Positions 33,601 through 48,600 of a stretch of 64,000 nt of DNA are shown piece by piece (the stretch's first letter is position 1; every line of letters starts with the position of its first letter). Origin of the DNA: Caecitellus pseudoparvulus. Lineage: Eukaryota; Protista; Bigyra: Bicosoecida. The position numbers were made by a program, and so were the translations under genes. The notes beneath the pieces are model-generated. The model saw only the letters and a list, made by a program, of their open reading frames with translations, was not told the DNA's origin and made no database searches. Location of the stretch: contig CBFFRQ010000198.1 in the NCBI GenBank assembly GCA_965644315.1, positions 1-64,000 of the forward strand, written 5' to 3'.

Positions 33601-36600
33601 ATCGTCAGCCCTTGATGTTGCAATGCCGTGAATATCGAACATGGCTGTGTTGAAGTCGATGGCTTCAGATATGGCTCGCAGGCGCTCAGGCGCCTCTACT
33701 TCCTCCACAGGAACGTATTTGCCTGCGCCAAAGTCTGGGGCGAAGGCAAAGTCCTCCTGGCGCACCCGCATGTGCATGAGCGCATCGGAGTAGGATGATG
33801 CAGTAAACACGGGGTACAGCGACCCTGAGAAGTCCATCTCGTCACCTTGGAAAGCCAGGGACTTGTCAGTGTACTCGCCGTTCACAGCAAACCACATCTT
33901 GCGGTTGGTGGCGTCAAGCAAGCAACACAGCGTGTCGCCATCGTTCCATCGCACGCCCCACGACTTTCTTCCATTGTGCCACAAGAGGCTGCGGCCTCCA
34001 TCTGCACCCCATGAGTGGCCATCGTCCCCCGTGCCACAACCATTCGCACAGCGTGCCACGAACTCCTCATCTGCCCACCCAGCCTGCACGTCATTGTGGC
34101 TGCCGTGCACCATGTGCATCTCCACGTACCACAAACCACCGCACACTCGCCCTTGTGGCATGCCGGCGGTGGGGAACGAGCCACCAGCACCCCAAGCACT
34201 CAAGTTGTCATCGATACACAAGAGCTGCGACCCCAGCAGCTGCAGACCCAGGCGGCGATGTGGTGCTGGAAGCGTGACAATACTGTTGGGCGCAGATGGT
34301 GCCAGGCGCATGCAGTCTGCGGGCATCTCTTCGCCACCGGCACCCATACCGGCCAAGTCCAAGGACAGCTCAGAGCTGCTGAAGCTGTCCCGTCCGGAGG
34401 CTGCCGCTCCGCCGCCATGCCCTGCACCCGAGGAACTTGGCCGTCCTGGGCGGGCACTGAGCGCTTGTTGCATAGCAGCGGATGAGGGTGGGAGGTCCAC
34501 CTCCTCTGCGATGGGCGAGAAGCCAGGCGGGCCACCGAGGAGGTCTTCTGCGGCTGTCAGAGGCGGGCCCAGTCGGAACACGAACCTGTGTGGGACGGGC
34601 GTAGTGCTTGTTCGGCAGGAGAAGGCAGGCATGAGCCCTTCAACGAAATCAAAGTGCTGGAACGCGACAAAAGCACGGCTGGACCAGTCACCCTTGACCG
34701 TGCACATCATGATGCGGGCATCCACATCGACAGCACAGCCAAACACCAAGGATTTGCTTGGCACGGCGCCTTCATCGCCACCTTCCACATCCTCAAAGTC
34801 ACGGTCAAGGGTCCCAAACCTATCATGCTGGTACAAGAAGCCGTGTCTGGTGCCAGCTTCAAAGGGCAACCAGCCCCACGAGTGTGCGTCGTGCCCGACA
34901 CCAGCTTCGTCGCTGTTGCCCTGGAAGGCGACATCGGCCCACCCAATGGACAGCTCCTGCAGAGAGGAAGCATCGCAGCCAGGCTGGCGGCAGTACTCGA
35001 GTTCAAAGTAGTGGCGGCCCCCAGACACGAGGGCATCACGCATGACAACGACAGCTTGTTGAGCTGATGTCAGCACGCCGCCAGAATCGGACACCTTCAA
35101 CGGCACCCACCGCACATCGCAGTCCTCGGACACGCGCGCGTTGCCGTAGTACAGCAGCAGCAGGCCCCTGTTGAAGCGCGTGTTGATGGCACCGAATACC
35201 TGCCGCAGGCGCCTGCCGTAGGGCCGGAATCCCAGCCCGGCAGGACTTGTCGCCTCAGACATCTCACCACCCACCGCAGCGCCCAGACGCGAGTCCTCGT
35301 CCTTGAAGTGAGCCAGCGGAGTGGGGCACACCCCAGCGCCAAAGCTAAACTGAACGTGCAGGGTCTGCACAGTGGTGGTCGTGCGCCCTTGGATGAAGGG
35401 CACGACCGCCAGGTCTGCCTCGTGCAATGCCTCCTTACCAAAGGCCATGCACTTGGAGGACGTGGAGCCGTCCACAGTGATGAACATCTGCCGCTCGTTC
35501 ATGTCCAGCAGGATGCCGATGCGAGACCCACTGCTGAAGCGGGGGACGTTGAAGCCTTTGCACAGTTGGATGCCGTCGGGAGCAATCGGCACGTGCTTGG
35601 CTCGCTCCTCGCTCACGAGCCACACATTGTTGTTCCATGCGCGCTTGAGCCCTTCGCCCTCGGCGTGGCCCGCAGACATGGCCTGCACAAACTCGTATTT
35701 GGCGATACCGATGCCCAGGGAGCAGTCCTGGGGCAGGTCATGCAGGGTCACTTCCCAGTACCACTTGCCTCGCGTCATGGCGGCAGCCATGTGCGCACCC
35801 ACGGCGAAGCGCCCCCCAGCACCACCCACGTCCACAGTGTCCAGCATGTACTTGAGGTCGGAATAGTCCCCCACCTCCTCCTCGCCATCTTCGTACCTGA
35901 TGTGGCTGAAGTCCTTTGCACCAGCTGCCGCCCCGACAGTGGACACCTGCTGTGGCTGCACAGATTCGTGATCGTCGTACAGCGCAAATCCACCTTCCTC
36001 ATCATCGCTGCTCGACGACATGTCCAGGTCAGGTGCTGCACCTTCCGCCACCTCGACGGGCTCAAGCTCAGACGCCACACTGTGACGGCTCTGCACTGAC
36101 CGAGATGTAGATGCACGCATTGAGCGCATGCCGTGCCCTGTGCGAGCTGTCTTCCCTGCGCCAACTCCGTCCGCTCGCTTCACTGCCCGGCGGGCGGTGG
36201 GGGGTTTGGCAACCGTCACTCCGTGGTGCAGCAGCGCCGTTCCTGCGCAGATGGTGGGCATGGGCTTGTCGTCCGGCAGGCAAGACACGACAGCCGGGAG
36301 TGGCTCCGGCACGGCCAGTTGCGATTCCACCACATCCGTGGGGTGCTTGAAGTACACCTGGCGACGGCCAATTGCTGCACCTTCAGATCCACCTTCTGCA
36401 CTCCGCAGGATGTCTGCCTTTGACAACGGCACAGGGGGCACGGATGACACCAGGCTCTCTGCGTATGGGCGGAAACCTGGTGGGGGCGCGAACTTCAGCG
36501 GGGCGCCCAAGCCTGAACCGAAGCCCAAGGCCAGGCTCACGCCTCCAGAGGCAGTGGCGATGCAGACGGCAGGGCACATGGGCGCAGAGGTGCCCATGAA

Positions 36601-39600
36601 CTCATTGTGGTCGGCGTCCCGAGGAATTCCAGTCGCAAAATTACACGTGGCGACGCCCCATCCTCCAGTGTAACTGCCGTTCTTCCCGAACATCATGATC
36701 TGCGCGCCAATGTCAATGGCAACACACACAGTGTCCCCTGCTTGAATGGCACGCTTAGGGTCGTCTTGGTCGTCACTCATGAACGACTTTGCATGCGTAG
36801 ACTGGTCATCTCCGCTCTCAAATTTCAGCCAGCTGTTGCCGGGATCAGGGATGACCAATGCCCAGCTGCGATCCACGTACCCAAGTGTGTTGTATGAGGT
36901 GTCAGGTGTGAAGGGGTTGGGTTTTGAGCGGTCGGGCTGGTACCACCCGATGCGGATGGGGTTGCCTTCGTACAAGGTGGACTCAGCATACTTCTGAATG
37001 TTCACTTCGTAGTACCACTTGCCGCTCGTGGCGCCACACGCCATGCCAAAGAGCTTCATGCCAAAGTTCCGTGTGACGGCCATCTTGCGGTCTACCACGT
37101 CCCAGTAATCCTTTCCGTTCCCAATGCGCCACATGTCAGCCGGGTTCCACGCCTGGAACTGCTGCTCGTTGGCGTCATCTGCCTCGTACGCCTTCAAGGC
37201 CGCGGCAGTGGTCCGTACTGTGAAGCCATCCTCCACCACCTCCGTGCCCTCCCCTGAGCACCAGAAACTGAGGCCATACCGCACAGACATGGGCAGCACA
37301 CACGTCGGGCGGCTTTGCTCACCCACTTGGCGCTCAGGTGGCTTCAATACATCGCCGATGAAGCCAAAGTCATCTGACGGCCGCAGGAACTTGCAGCGCT
37401 CCTCTGACGGCATCGCTGCGGCGTCAGGGGCAAAGGCACGCACTTGTACCTTGGCGCTGCCAATGCTCATCACTGGCGTCAGCCCCCCAAAGTAGACGAC
37501 GTGGTTGAACGCCAGTACCATCTCTGGGGTGTCCAGCTGCGTCCACACGTCTCCGTCCAGACGGAAGAAAATGGACCGGCTGTCCATGTCCACCGCCAAG
37601 CACAGCGTGATAGAGTCTTTGAAGTACTGCTTGCCCTCCGTCTTGTACTGAGCATCAGGATGCGATGTGATGTACGCCACCCTGCTGGCTGGGTGCCAGC
37701 TGTACGTGCCTCCGCGGATTTCGCCGCGCAGGGGCGCGATGGCCCACTCGCCTTGCACACCACCCAGGTGTTCGTTGTAGTCCACCGGCTCCAACTTGCG
37801 CGAATCATCCATGAAGCCAATTGCTACCATCTTTCCGTACCCCTCCACATCCTTCACGCCGCTGACCTCCACTTCAAAGTAATGCTTGCCGCGTGAAACG
37901 CGCAGCTGAGGCATGGCGATCCAGGACAGCCCCTGCTCTGCACGGTCTTCCACCTCCACGGAGAACGTTCCGTTCATAGACACCACCGTGTCGGCTCCCG
38001 GCGTCAGGACCTGCAGCATTGCACCTTCAGATGAGCCTTGCGCAGCGGCAGGCCGGGCTGTGACGGCCGCGGCTGGGCCTGCCGCACCGGAAGTGTCGTC
38101 CTCCACGCCGGCACTGCCAGACTGGATAAAGGGCAGAGAAGGGCGAAAGCTGTGCTTCAGCATGGTCGTCACCAAGTACGCCAGGTACTTGATGCTGGAC
38201 TTGGTGCGTGAGAGGCTTTCTGAGGCGTTGGGGGAGTCGATGCACAGCTGGTTGATGCCCACGACCACCTGCTCCAGGGCCAGCGTGCCCATCAAGTGTG
38301 ATGCCCGATGCATGGGGAACTGTGCCACCACACATGAGATGCGCTGGCCGAACTCTGCCACGGCGTACTGCACGCGGGACTCCACCTTCTCCACCGACGC
38401 TCGGATGGTCTCGGAGTCATATGCCTGCCCGATCTCGCGAGCCATGCCCTCTGCCAGCACCGGCCGCAGCAGGTACTGCACCACCGCCTTGGGCAGCAAG
38501 TACCCGTGGACAGGGGACCACTGTGTTAGGGACCGCTCAGCTCGGCGCGCACGGGGCAGGATGAAGCTGGGCACAAACATGCGCACCATCGCCTCTCGGG
38601 TGGACATGCGAACTTGCATGTCCTGAGCGTTGGCCTGCAGCCCTGCAGCCACACGCCGCCCCCGCACCCGAGTGGGCAAAGGTGCTGTCGCTGCGCTGCC
38701 TAAGCCTGCCGCCTCCTGCGCTTCACGTTGCTGCCGCTCAGTCCGTGCAAAGCCCGCCTCCTCCGCGGCGTCCAGGAACGCTGTGGCAGCTGCATGCCGC
38801 TTGATCTCAGCCGCGATGTCGTCCTCCGTCTCCGCCTCGGCCTTGCCAAAGCGCCCAGAAGGAGCTGACCGCACGGCCTCCGTGGCCGCCGTATCCATTG
38901 GCGCAGTGCGCAGGACCTTGCCGCCTGCGCCTGCTGCCTTGCGCTGTGTCTTGGGCAGCCGTGCCAGCTCGGGCGTGGGCCCTGGCACAATGGGCTCCTT
39001 GGCCTCGCTGTGCCACGAAAACTGCCCCTCCTTGCTCATGAAGGCGTCTTCTTCCACAGACTGGGTGATGGCTTGGGCGGAAGACAAGGAAGGGGGTGAG
39101 CACCACAGACTCTGCAGCGCAGGAAGCGGCGCCCCTGCCGCAGACAGGATGAACGGCGCAGTGGCGACGAAAGCGGGCGGCACGTACGTGCGGCAAGCCA
39201 TACGACTGACAGCCAGGTCCTGCCGCGCCAGGCGGTACGCTGCCGCCACGATGGCTCGAGACTTCATGCTCTTTTCTGACGAGGCGCCTGTCCCTGACCC
39301 GTCGCCAACAGCGGCACCGACCGCATCCCCCAAGTCAGACTTGGCGGCACCACCACCTCCCCGTGCCCGATCCTTGCTGGACTTCTCAGACGCCTTCAAG
39401 CTCGCAATGGCCTTGGACAGTGTGACAGACTCACGCAACTGGGCCCAACGTTCAGCGGCACTCAGTTTACCCTCACTACCGGGTGCCTTGCCGTGGGCAT
39501 TGGCTGCAGAAGTCATCTGTGCCATCTGGAACACTGACAGGGACAGCACTCGCTGCATGTAGGTGGCCTCGGAACGCGCCGTGTGCTGCAGGCGTAGCAT

Positions 39601-42600
39601 GTACTGGATGTCATCGTCTGTGACGGGCCCGCGCACCTCTCGCAACGCATGCATGGCCATGTCGGCCCTGCCCTCTTCCGTCTCCAGGTCATACGACTGC
39701 TTCGCGTCGTCGTACGAGTCGGGGAACTTCTCCCGCAGCTCCTCTACCTGGGAATCCAGGAATTTGTCCAAGGGGCCCACCTCGCGCTGCAGCATGCGCT
39801 CCACCAGCTTGAACTGCTCGCTGGCAGGCAGCGTGCTAACTGTGTCCAGCTCCTCAATGCTGGCCAGGTTGCCCCATCGCCGCACCGTGGAGCGCATGGA
39901 GTAAGCCGACACGACCGCTGGCGAGGCAAGCCCTTCGAACATGTTACGGCGGTGCATGGACAGTGTGCGCCCACATGCCGCATGCATGACAGACAGCGCA
40001 AAGTACACCAACATGCGCCCGTGCAGCCTGTCTGTGGGCGGGGAGCCGACGCTGGACACAATCAGGTTTGTGCCGACGCCAAACGCGCCCGAAGCAGCAG
40101 CCGAGCGGTCCTTCACGTGGTCGCGTACTGAGCAAATGATGCTGGTCAGCTCGTCGATGCCAGCACCGACGCGGCCATCTCGAAGGTGAATCATGCCCTG
40201 CAGCGCTGGGGACAACGCCGCCAGCGACAGCCGCTGCAACATGTCAGGTAGGTCGCGGTTGACAAACGCTGACGAGGTGGTGCGTCGGACGCCTGTCGTG
40301 CGCCCTGCGGCGGAAGAGCCGACGCCGCCGCCTGAAGCTGCCGAAGCCAGTTCACGGCAGACTGGCGAAGACATGAGTGCCGCAGTCGGATCTCCCGACT
40401 GCACTGGGGCAAAACCAGACACAGCATCGTGCAGGGCAGTGTCCACGTAGTCAATGTCACCCAGGTCCCCACCGTCGCCCGCCAGCATGGCCCACAGACG
40501 CAAGAACGTGTCCAGGGTGAACAGGCGCACCTGGGCTTGGCGGTAACTGGGGTTCATCACCCGCTCCATGGCCGTGGAGTGCTGGAACACATCAAGCGTC
40601 TCGTAGTTGCGGCGCAGGAAGTTGCACTCCTGGACGAACAGCGCCGGACTGCGCACGTGCTTGCCCTTGAGCAGCTCAGACACGATGCGGGCTGCCGAGT
40701 CGTCGTGCAAGCCGTACAGGTGGTCTTGGATGGGCCGCTTCGCCCGCGTACCAGCGTTGCCAGCCTGTGCTGCTGGTCCGGCTTGCGTCTCTTGCTTCTT
40801 TGCAGTCGACCTCCGTGCTGGTTCAGCTTGCAGCTTGCGCGTGCTGGAGGACTCATCTGGCTCTGCACCTGGCGGACTTGATGGCAACTGTGCCGCATGC
40901 TCTGGCGCCACCTTGGACGACGCGCCTGCCTTCTTGCCTCGGCCTGAGCCCTCCCGGGCATCCGTCACAGACCCTGGGTTCCCCACGTCATCCGTATCGT
41001 CAATATGGTCTCTCGCAGCGCCTGCTGCAGTATGGGGCGTGCGAGCAGATTTCTGCTTTGACGCCTGCCGTTTGCTGGCCTGGCGTTTCAGCCGGGCGCT
41101 GGGCCCGCCACTTGCAGCGCCACCAGTTGGAACAGCCTTGGGCTTGGCGGCAGCCTGAGCTTGTGCAGCTGCCCCAGCACTCACCAGGTCTGTCGTCGGG
41201 CTGGTGCTGTCGGGATTGCCTGTGAAAATCAGTAAGCCCAGCTTGTACAAATCCCGCCGCCGGCCTCGCACGGCGCCCATGAGCAGCTGGCGCTTGCGAA
41301 TGTCTTTCGGGTCCTTCAGCTGTTTGAAGCTGTTGGCTGACGAAGGCAGGGAGGCACCCATGAACAGACGAGCTGTGTTCGAGGGCAGTTGCAGGAAGGA
41401 GCGGGCGGCTGAGTCCACCGCCGCGACGTCGCCCCAAATCATCATGGCCAGGGTCATGAAGCTCTCGGGAGGCACGCGCAGGGCCATGGTCAGGGGCAAC
41501 AACAGCTCGGATAGGCCAGGGATGGCCCGTGCGTGGTGCACGCTGGTAATGTGCGCCAGTACGTGCACTGCCCGCAGCGCCGGGAAGACTCGCTTGTCAG
41601 GGATGAGGGCTGTGCCGATGTCAGCATCGCGGTCGAAAACAACAAAGCTCATGGGCTTGTTCATCACCGTAAGCGCCCACAGCTTGTCAAGGTCGGGCGC
41701 AGAGGTGGACACGGCATCGTCTGCCACCATGTTGGTGAGCAGGCTCATCACCAGCGCGTGAGGAATGCGCCCCGACTCGTTCCACGTCCGCAGCTCGTCG
41801 GCGATGACAGAGGAGCGGATTTCGGCGTCACGCAGTCCATCCTTGGGGGGCCGGCCACCCTTGCTCAGCCTAGATGCCGGCAACAAGTCCTCCACGCTCA
41901 CCTTCACATCGTCCACGAGCGTGTCGAACTCCGAGGCCATGGACTTGAGCGCATCATCCTTAAAGGTCCCAGGCAGGACGCTCTGCAGGAACTCCTCCTC
42001 GTCGCTGGAGGAGTCTTCGTCAGAGGTGTCCTCGCCAAACGAGTTGGCCTGCTGGAACATCATGTCCTCCCACATCTTCAGCCACGCCTCTGCCTCAGAC
42101 TCCGACACCACGAACCGGCGCATGGCCGCCTCCACGTGCTCCTTGCCCTTCTCCCCAGCCTCCTTCCCCGCCTTCTCCACCAAGTCTCTCACCTTACTCT
42201 CCTCCTTCTCCAGGGTGATCAAAGCGGTGTCAGCCAGTGCGCGCGCTTGCGACAGGCTCAGCTTCAGCTTCAACGCCATGTCCTGCAGTGTGCGCATGGC
42301 CTGCTGCAGCACCTCCGGCTCAAGGTACTTCGCCGTCGCGGCAGCGGCGCCGGATGCCGCGGCGTTCGCCGCTTCCTGTGCGTTCTTTGAAGCAACACCC
42401 GCTGCAGGGCTCAGCTTGGCCACGAGCTGCGCCTGCGCCAGATCCATGGCACTCTGCATGACGCTCTTTGCCATCTTCACAGTCATGAGGCGCCCGAAGA
42501 CGCGCCCGCCGCCCCACAGCTCCTTCAGCACGCTCTGTGCTGCAGCGCCGTTCCTCGCCAAGCGCTTCTGCAGTCTGGATGCGGCTGACTCTACCTTCTT

Positions 42601-45600
42601 GGACACCGCACTCTTTGCCTTCTCCGCCTGGGCCAGCAGACCATCATCCTCATCCAGCAAGTGCGACTCCGTGGCCAACAGACTCTGCTCCACCTTGCGC
42701 TCCACAGCATCCGCAGCTTCCTTCGCAGACAGAACACGAGCCTTGACAGCGGTCATGCTGCGGCCCATCGTGGACACAAAAGCGTCCCGGAGTGACCCAG
42801 CGGCATCCAGGATGCCTTGCTCCTTCCCCCACGCCTCCAGCTCCTCAGTGGTCCCGCTTTCCAGAAGGCGCAGAGCCTCCTTGGCCTGGGGAATACTCGT
42901 AGCAGCTGCCACGACAGCTGTACTGGCCTCGCCTGCCTGCACAGCTGGAGTGATGGCGGCCGGCTTGCCCAGCGCAGACTTATCAAATGCAGCCACATCT
43001 GCCTCACCCTGCGCAAGCGCCTGGCTTCGCGGCGTCAGCTGCTTCAACTTGCCCGGACGTGGGCGCTGAGGCTGCAGCACATCCTTAGGCTGCCCTTGGG
43101 CAGGCAAAGGGGAGCTCCCGTCATCGGCAACTGCGGGCGACGCGCCACCCGCTGCCAATGCTGCAGCCACTGCGGTGCCACCTGTTGCCCCTGCCAGAGC
43201 CAGGCGTGCCCGACTCCCAGCCTGTGCGCCCTGCTCCTGCGCGCTGGAGGCTGCAGCTGCCATCGCAGCCTTGGCCTCCTCTGCTTCCACCTTGAGAGTC
43301 GTGTCGAAGTCATCACGCAGACGCGCCACGCGCTTGAGCAGCTCCCGGCGCAGAACTGCGCTGCGCATGGTGGAGCGCCGGAACACGTTGGACAGCAGCA
43401 GCATCTCGCGCTGGCGCAAGCGGTTGGCACCCATCTGCACGGGGTCCACCGTCTTGCGAACACTGTCCAGCTCCTGCACCAGCTGGTCTTTCAGGCGCTG
43501 CACAGTGGACCGCAGCTTCACTGCACCGGCCTCCATGCGCTGCCGCAGGGCGCTGGTGGCTTGCTTCAAGTGCCCCGCAGCAGACACTAGCCCTGCCACA
43601 ACGTGCTCCGTGGAGTCCCACAGCGCAGGTTTGGCGTCCTTCACTTTGTGCGCCAGGGCTTCCAGATTCAAGTCCTCGGGGAAAAGAGAGCCAGCTGCCT
43701 GGCCAGCTGCGGACTGCAGCTCGTGCGCTGCGCTGGCCACGTGATGTTCTGCCTCCCCCATGGCACGCTGCAGGCCAGCTTGGGCATCAGCGGCCTTTGC
43801 CTGCGCTGCTGAGGCATGCTGTAGAGCCTTGTCCTTCAACTCTGCCGCTTGGCCGGCGACTTCGCCCAGCTTGGCGGTGGCAGCGGCACGGGCACCCTCA
43901 GCCTTTTGCAGCATCTCCTCGCGCTGCGCTGCGCCTCGTTCCTGCAGGTCAGCCAACTTCTCACGCCCTGCCTCCAAGACAGCTGTGCCGGCCTTGGCAG
44001 CAGCCTTGCGCGCCATGCCCATGATCTCACGGCGCAGCCTGCTCGACATGGCTGAGAAGTCCAACATGGCGGCGAGGGACGTCAGGAGGCCCTTGCCTCG
44101 GTCTCCACCTGGCAGAGTAGGCAGCAGGACGGGGTCAGAGGTCCCCGTGGAGATCTCCTTGCACGCCACTCGCACCGTGGCTTCTGCGGGGGAGATGGGG
44201 GCCGACGCATTGTATGGTGCCGCCACATATGTGATGCTGTACCGGCGCAAGGCATCCAGAACGGGCCCCTTGGAGCCTGGGAATGCCGCGCTGCGCTGCG
44301 TGAACACCCACGGTAGCTCTGCCTTACGCAGGGGGTGGCCCATGACCACCTTCAGCAGGGCGAGCAAGGATGAGACGGGGGCGTGGTAAGACCACACCTG
44401 CATCTTGGACCCATTCCCATGCACAAACATGCTGGGTGGGGGGCTCTTGTGCCCCACGTGCAGCCAGGGGTACTTGCCCCGCAGCGACTTGCGCACAGGG
44501 CGCTCACCCTCCCCTTGCAGGCTGTAGCTGGAAAAGTCCTGTCCCCCCGACACCTCCGCCTCTTCCGGACCCAGCACCGTCTTCAGAGGGTCCTTGGCAA
44601 ACTCCTCGGCCGCAGAGGCTGCCATGCGCCACAGCACGTCCACGTGCTGGTCTGTGAGGCCCTGTTCGGGCGCCTTGCTGCCCTTCTTGGAGCGGTCAGC
44701 CGCCATGCCGCCGCCAGTGGACGACTCCACGTCATCTGCCGCCAGCGCTGCCTGCAGCGAGGACAGCCATGCTGTGAGGGTGTCGATTTGCTGCTCCCGT
44801 GTGCCGCCACACAGCTCAGAGTCGCCCAGCACCTCCGTCAAGGACGGGGCAGTGGCGTGCAGAGCGGGGTCGCTGTGAATGTCTCCGATCGTTGTGGAGG
44901 GAAGCTGCACGCCTGTGATGACGGGGGGCACGACATCCTCCCTGTACACCTTGTGCACCTCCGCAGGTGACGTCGTGACGTCCCCCGCCTTCATGGCCAC
45001 GAGGTCTTTAGACACTGGCCAGCGCACGACTGGCCCTGAGGCGTACGTGACGTCGTCCCCTGGGTCCACGCCCTTCTCCTCAGAGGGGTCCACCTCCGAC
45101 ATGATGTACTTCATGCCGGGCGTGATGGTATCCAGGGAACGCTGCACGGCCAGGCAGTCCCGCACGCCGATCTGGGACGCCAAGAACGCCTTAGCGTGCC
45201 CATCACGGTCCAGAGGCAGGGCCAGAGGGTTCACCTCCGATACAGGAGTGGACGCCACCTCCTCCACTGCCTGGGAGGCCTTTACCTTCTTCCCCGCCGT
45301 GGGGCGCGCTGAAGCCAGCTTCTTGGACAGATACCGCGAGTGCAGGCGGGCATACTGGATCGGCTCCGCATCAGCCATCACGCCGTGCAGCATGCGGGTG
45401 TTGCAGTTGTCGTCGTGGCGCACCTTCTCAGACAGCAGCGCAACCAAGTGGGCGCCTGAGGACGCGTTCAGCAGCACCTGGTCGCGGCCGCCGCCCACGT
45501 GCAGCGCAGCCTGCATGGTAGAGGAGCTCTCCGAGTAGTCCGAAGTCTTGCCCACCTCCTTGGCCTCGCGAGTCTCCACGTGCTGCAGGATGACATCCAC

Positions 45601-48600
45601 CAGCACCGCCAGCAGGTGGTGCACTGGCACGCTCAGCTTGGCAGCAATGTCAATCATGAGGCTGATGGAAGAGGCACCGGCGAAGGACCCAGACAGCAGT
45701 GCAGACATGATGTGAGCTGCAGTGGGCACGGGGAGGAGCACGCTGCCCCAGCGATCGACCAGCGGCACGATGCGCGGGAAGGCAGGATTGGCCGTGAGCT
45801 CCTGCAGCAGCCGCGTGAAAGAGTGGATGTCAGTGGCCTGCGTCAGCTCGATGGCACGCATGACGTCAGCACAGGCCGGGTCGTCCTTGAGCAGGTCGGC
45901 TGCCACCTCCACGTCGCCGTGTGCGAGCCTGGCCAGCGTTGCGGCGGTGGGCACGAGGTCCGTGGACAGTCCCACGGACGAGACGAAGTTAGAGTTCGCC
46001 GCGACGTACCGCGCGAAGCGGGGCCCTGAAGCTGACGACATGATACCGGCCAGCAGGTCAGGAGACACCTCCAGGGAAGTGGCCACAGGGACGAAGGCGC
46101 CCAGGTCGCTGAGTTGGGTGCGAATGATGCGCACCATGGAGACGAAGTGCTCCTCATTGGGCACGGAGAACGCGGAACAGATGGCAGAGGCACCTGCCAC
46201 GAGGAACTCAGTGCTGCCTGTGGCCAGACCCACCAGCCCGTACGCAATGCGAGGGTTGCACGACGCGGCCACAGCAAGCGACCGCACGTCCTCCATGAAG
46301 GATTTCTGCCCCGTGGCGACACCGATGAGGGAAGCTGCGTCACGCAGACCCATCTTGTCGCCCAGGCGCAAGCCGGCAGAGACGATCTCCTTGGCGTCGT
46401 CCGCTGTCGCCGCAGACACGAGGCTCCAGTACGCAGTGGCAGTGCCTGGCAGCTGGTTCTTGGCCTCCAGCATCAGCGCGCCCATGAGCATTTCCAGGCG
46501 CTCGTTAATTGTGCGCATGGCCTCCTGGCGCGCCGTCTCAGCCAGCTGGCTGATGAGGGCGGCGTCGTCCACTGCGTCCGCGGCGGTGGAGGCAGCTGCG
46601 CGCTTGGCAGCCTCCGCCTCAGCCTGCACTGAGGCGGAGATGTCTGCGGCACGCATGAGCTTGTGCCCCGTGGAGCACAGCACCAAGTGCAGCAGGGACA
46701 CGATGGCGTTGAAGAGGGCTTCAGAGGCCACCCTGTCGTCCTCCTTCAGCGCAGTGGTAGTCTTGGCTGCGCCAGTGGCAGCAGCGGCCATGCTGTCCGT
46801 CATGCGCGACACCTTGCCCACCTTGTCGCTGATGGCGGTGGACACGGAGGGGTCCACCAGGCGGGCGTCAATGAGCAGCTTCACCAGCTCCTGCGCCATG
46901 TCGTGCACAGACAGGAGGGGGCTGGAGCGCAGTGCGGTGAGGATGGCAGTGGGGGAGATGCCGGACTCGTCCGCCCCCTGCGCCACCTGCAGAGACTTGA
47001 TGGTCATGGTGGTGTTCAGGGTGAAGTTGGACGCCGTCACGACTCCGTCGATGATGAGCGGCAGCAGCGCACGCAAGTGCTTCACCACCGCCAGCATCTG
47101 GCGGAACTCACGAGGAATGGAGTCAGTGGTCAATACAGACTCTGACTCGAAGTCCGCTGCCATGGACGCACGCAGCGCTTCCACCCACGGGCCGTACTTC
47201 TCCGCTGCACTGCCGGCGGCTGACGGGTCAGCCCCGGCGCCCTGTGCAGCAGTGGGCGGTCGTACCAGCATGCGCCACGCCTTGCCGAAGCACTTCTGCA
47301 TGGTGCTCACGTGGTAGTGCCCGATGTGCGACACGACAGCCTTGTGCCCCTGTCCAGAAGCGGTGCCGGAGCCCTGCACACCCGCAAAGGCGCCCTGGCT
47401 GCGGTCCGCCGACTCTGCCTCTTCCTCCTCGTCCCCGTCAGACAGGCGCAGCAGGCTGTCCACGTCAAAGCTGCCAGCGTCCATGGACGCCAGGCCTGCC
47501 ATGATGAAGAAGGCAGCACCCACACCCCTGCACAGGTCAGGGCCCACCTGCGTTCCCAGCAACGGCGCGATGCCCCCGAATAGTGTCCCCAACCGCTGCA
47601 GCAGGATAGAGTAGCTGGACACGAAGCCCTCCTCCTTGGCGTAGGCAAGGGCAGTGGCCCGCGCCAAGTGGGCAGGGTGAGGCGGCACAGAAGTGTGCGA
47701 CAGCAGCGTCTGCACCGTGCCCTGCAGGTTGGTCAGAAAGCTGAACACATTCGTGGCGATGGGCGTCAGCTGCTGCACGACGGAAGAGGACGCCATGAGA
47801 CGCTCCATGACCTGAGTCGCCGCACCACCCCCCTGAATGTGTTCCAGCACCTCAGAAGACGTGTCCTGGTCCGCGAAATACGCCACTGCAGCCCGCAGGC
47901 GCTGAGGGTTCTCTGTCAGGAACGTCACAGCCTGCTGCAATCGCTCGGGGGGGTTGATGTCGTAGTCCCAGTCGTTGATGCGGCTGAGGGAGTCGGGCTG
48001 GTGCTGGTCGCCCAGCGTGCGCCCAATGAGCCCTGCGGCATCCCCAGCCGACAGGGACAGCACGATGTCGCCTGCGGGCGTGCGCAGCTTGCTAGACAGC
48101 GGCTCCAGCGCGACAGACGCCACAGTCTTGCGCTTGTGGTCAGCGGGAACCAGCTTGGAGGTCGCGCCCGCAGCGGCGTCCGACACCAGTCCTGACAGCG
48201 CAGCCCCATCCTTCTCCACAGCAGCGGCAAAGCCAGCTGCAGCACCCCCCGCGTTTGCAATGGTGGCTTCCACTGGCGCCACCTTCTTCAAGTGGAACCA
48301 CAGTCCAGTGTGTGACTCCAACTGCTGGAACAGCGTCAGCGGGTGCCCACCTGCTGACACGGCCGCCCCAACGGCAGACTGAGCAGCCGAGGCAGCAGAG
48401 CCCACCTTGTCCAGCAGCGCACTCTTGCAGTCCTCGACAAAGCCCAGCAGGGCACGCTGGGCGCGGGCGGCGAACTTGGCCGACTGGTTCATGGAGTTCG
48501 ACACCATGTCCACGAGGGAGGCGCTGACGCCGAAACGCAGCAGCCAGCCGCTGTTGAACAGCGCGAACGGGTTGCCGAAGAGCAGCTCCAGGGCCAACTC

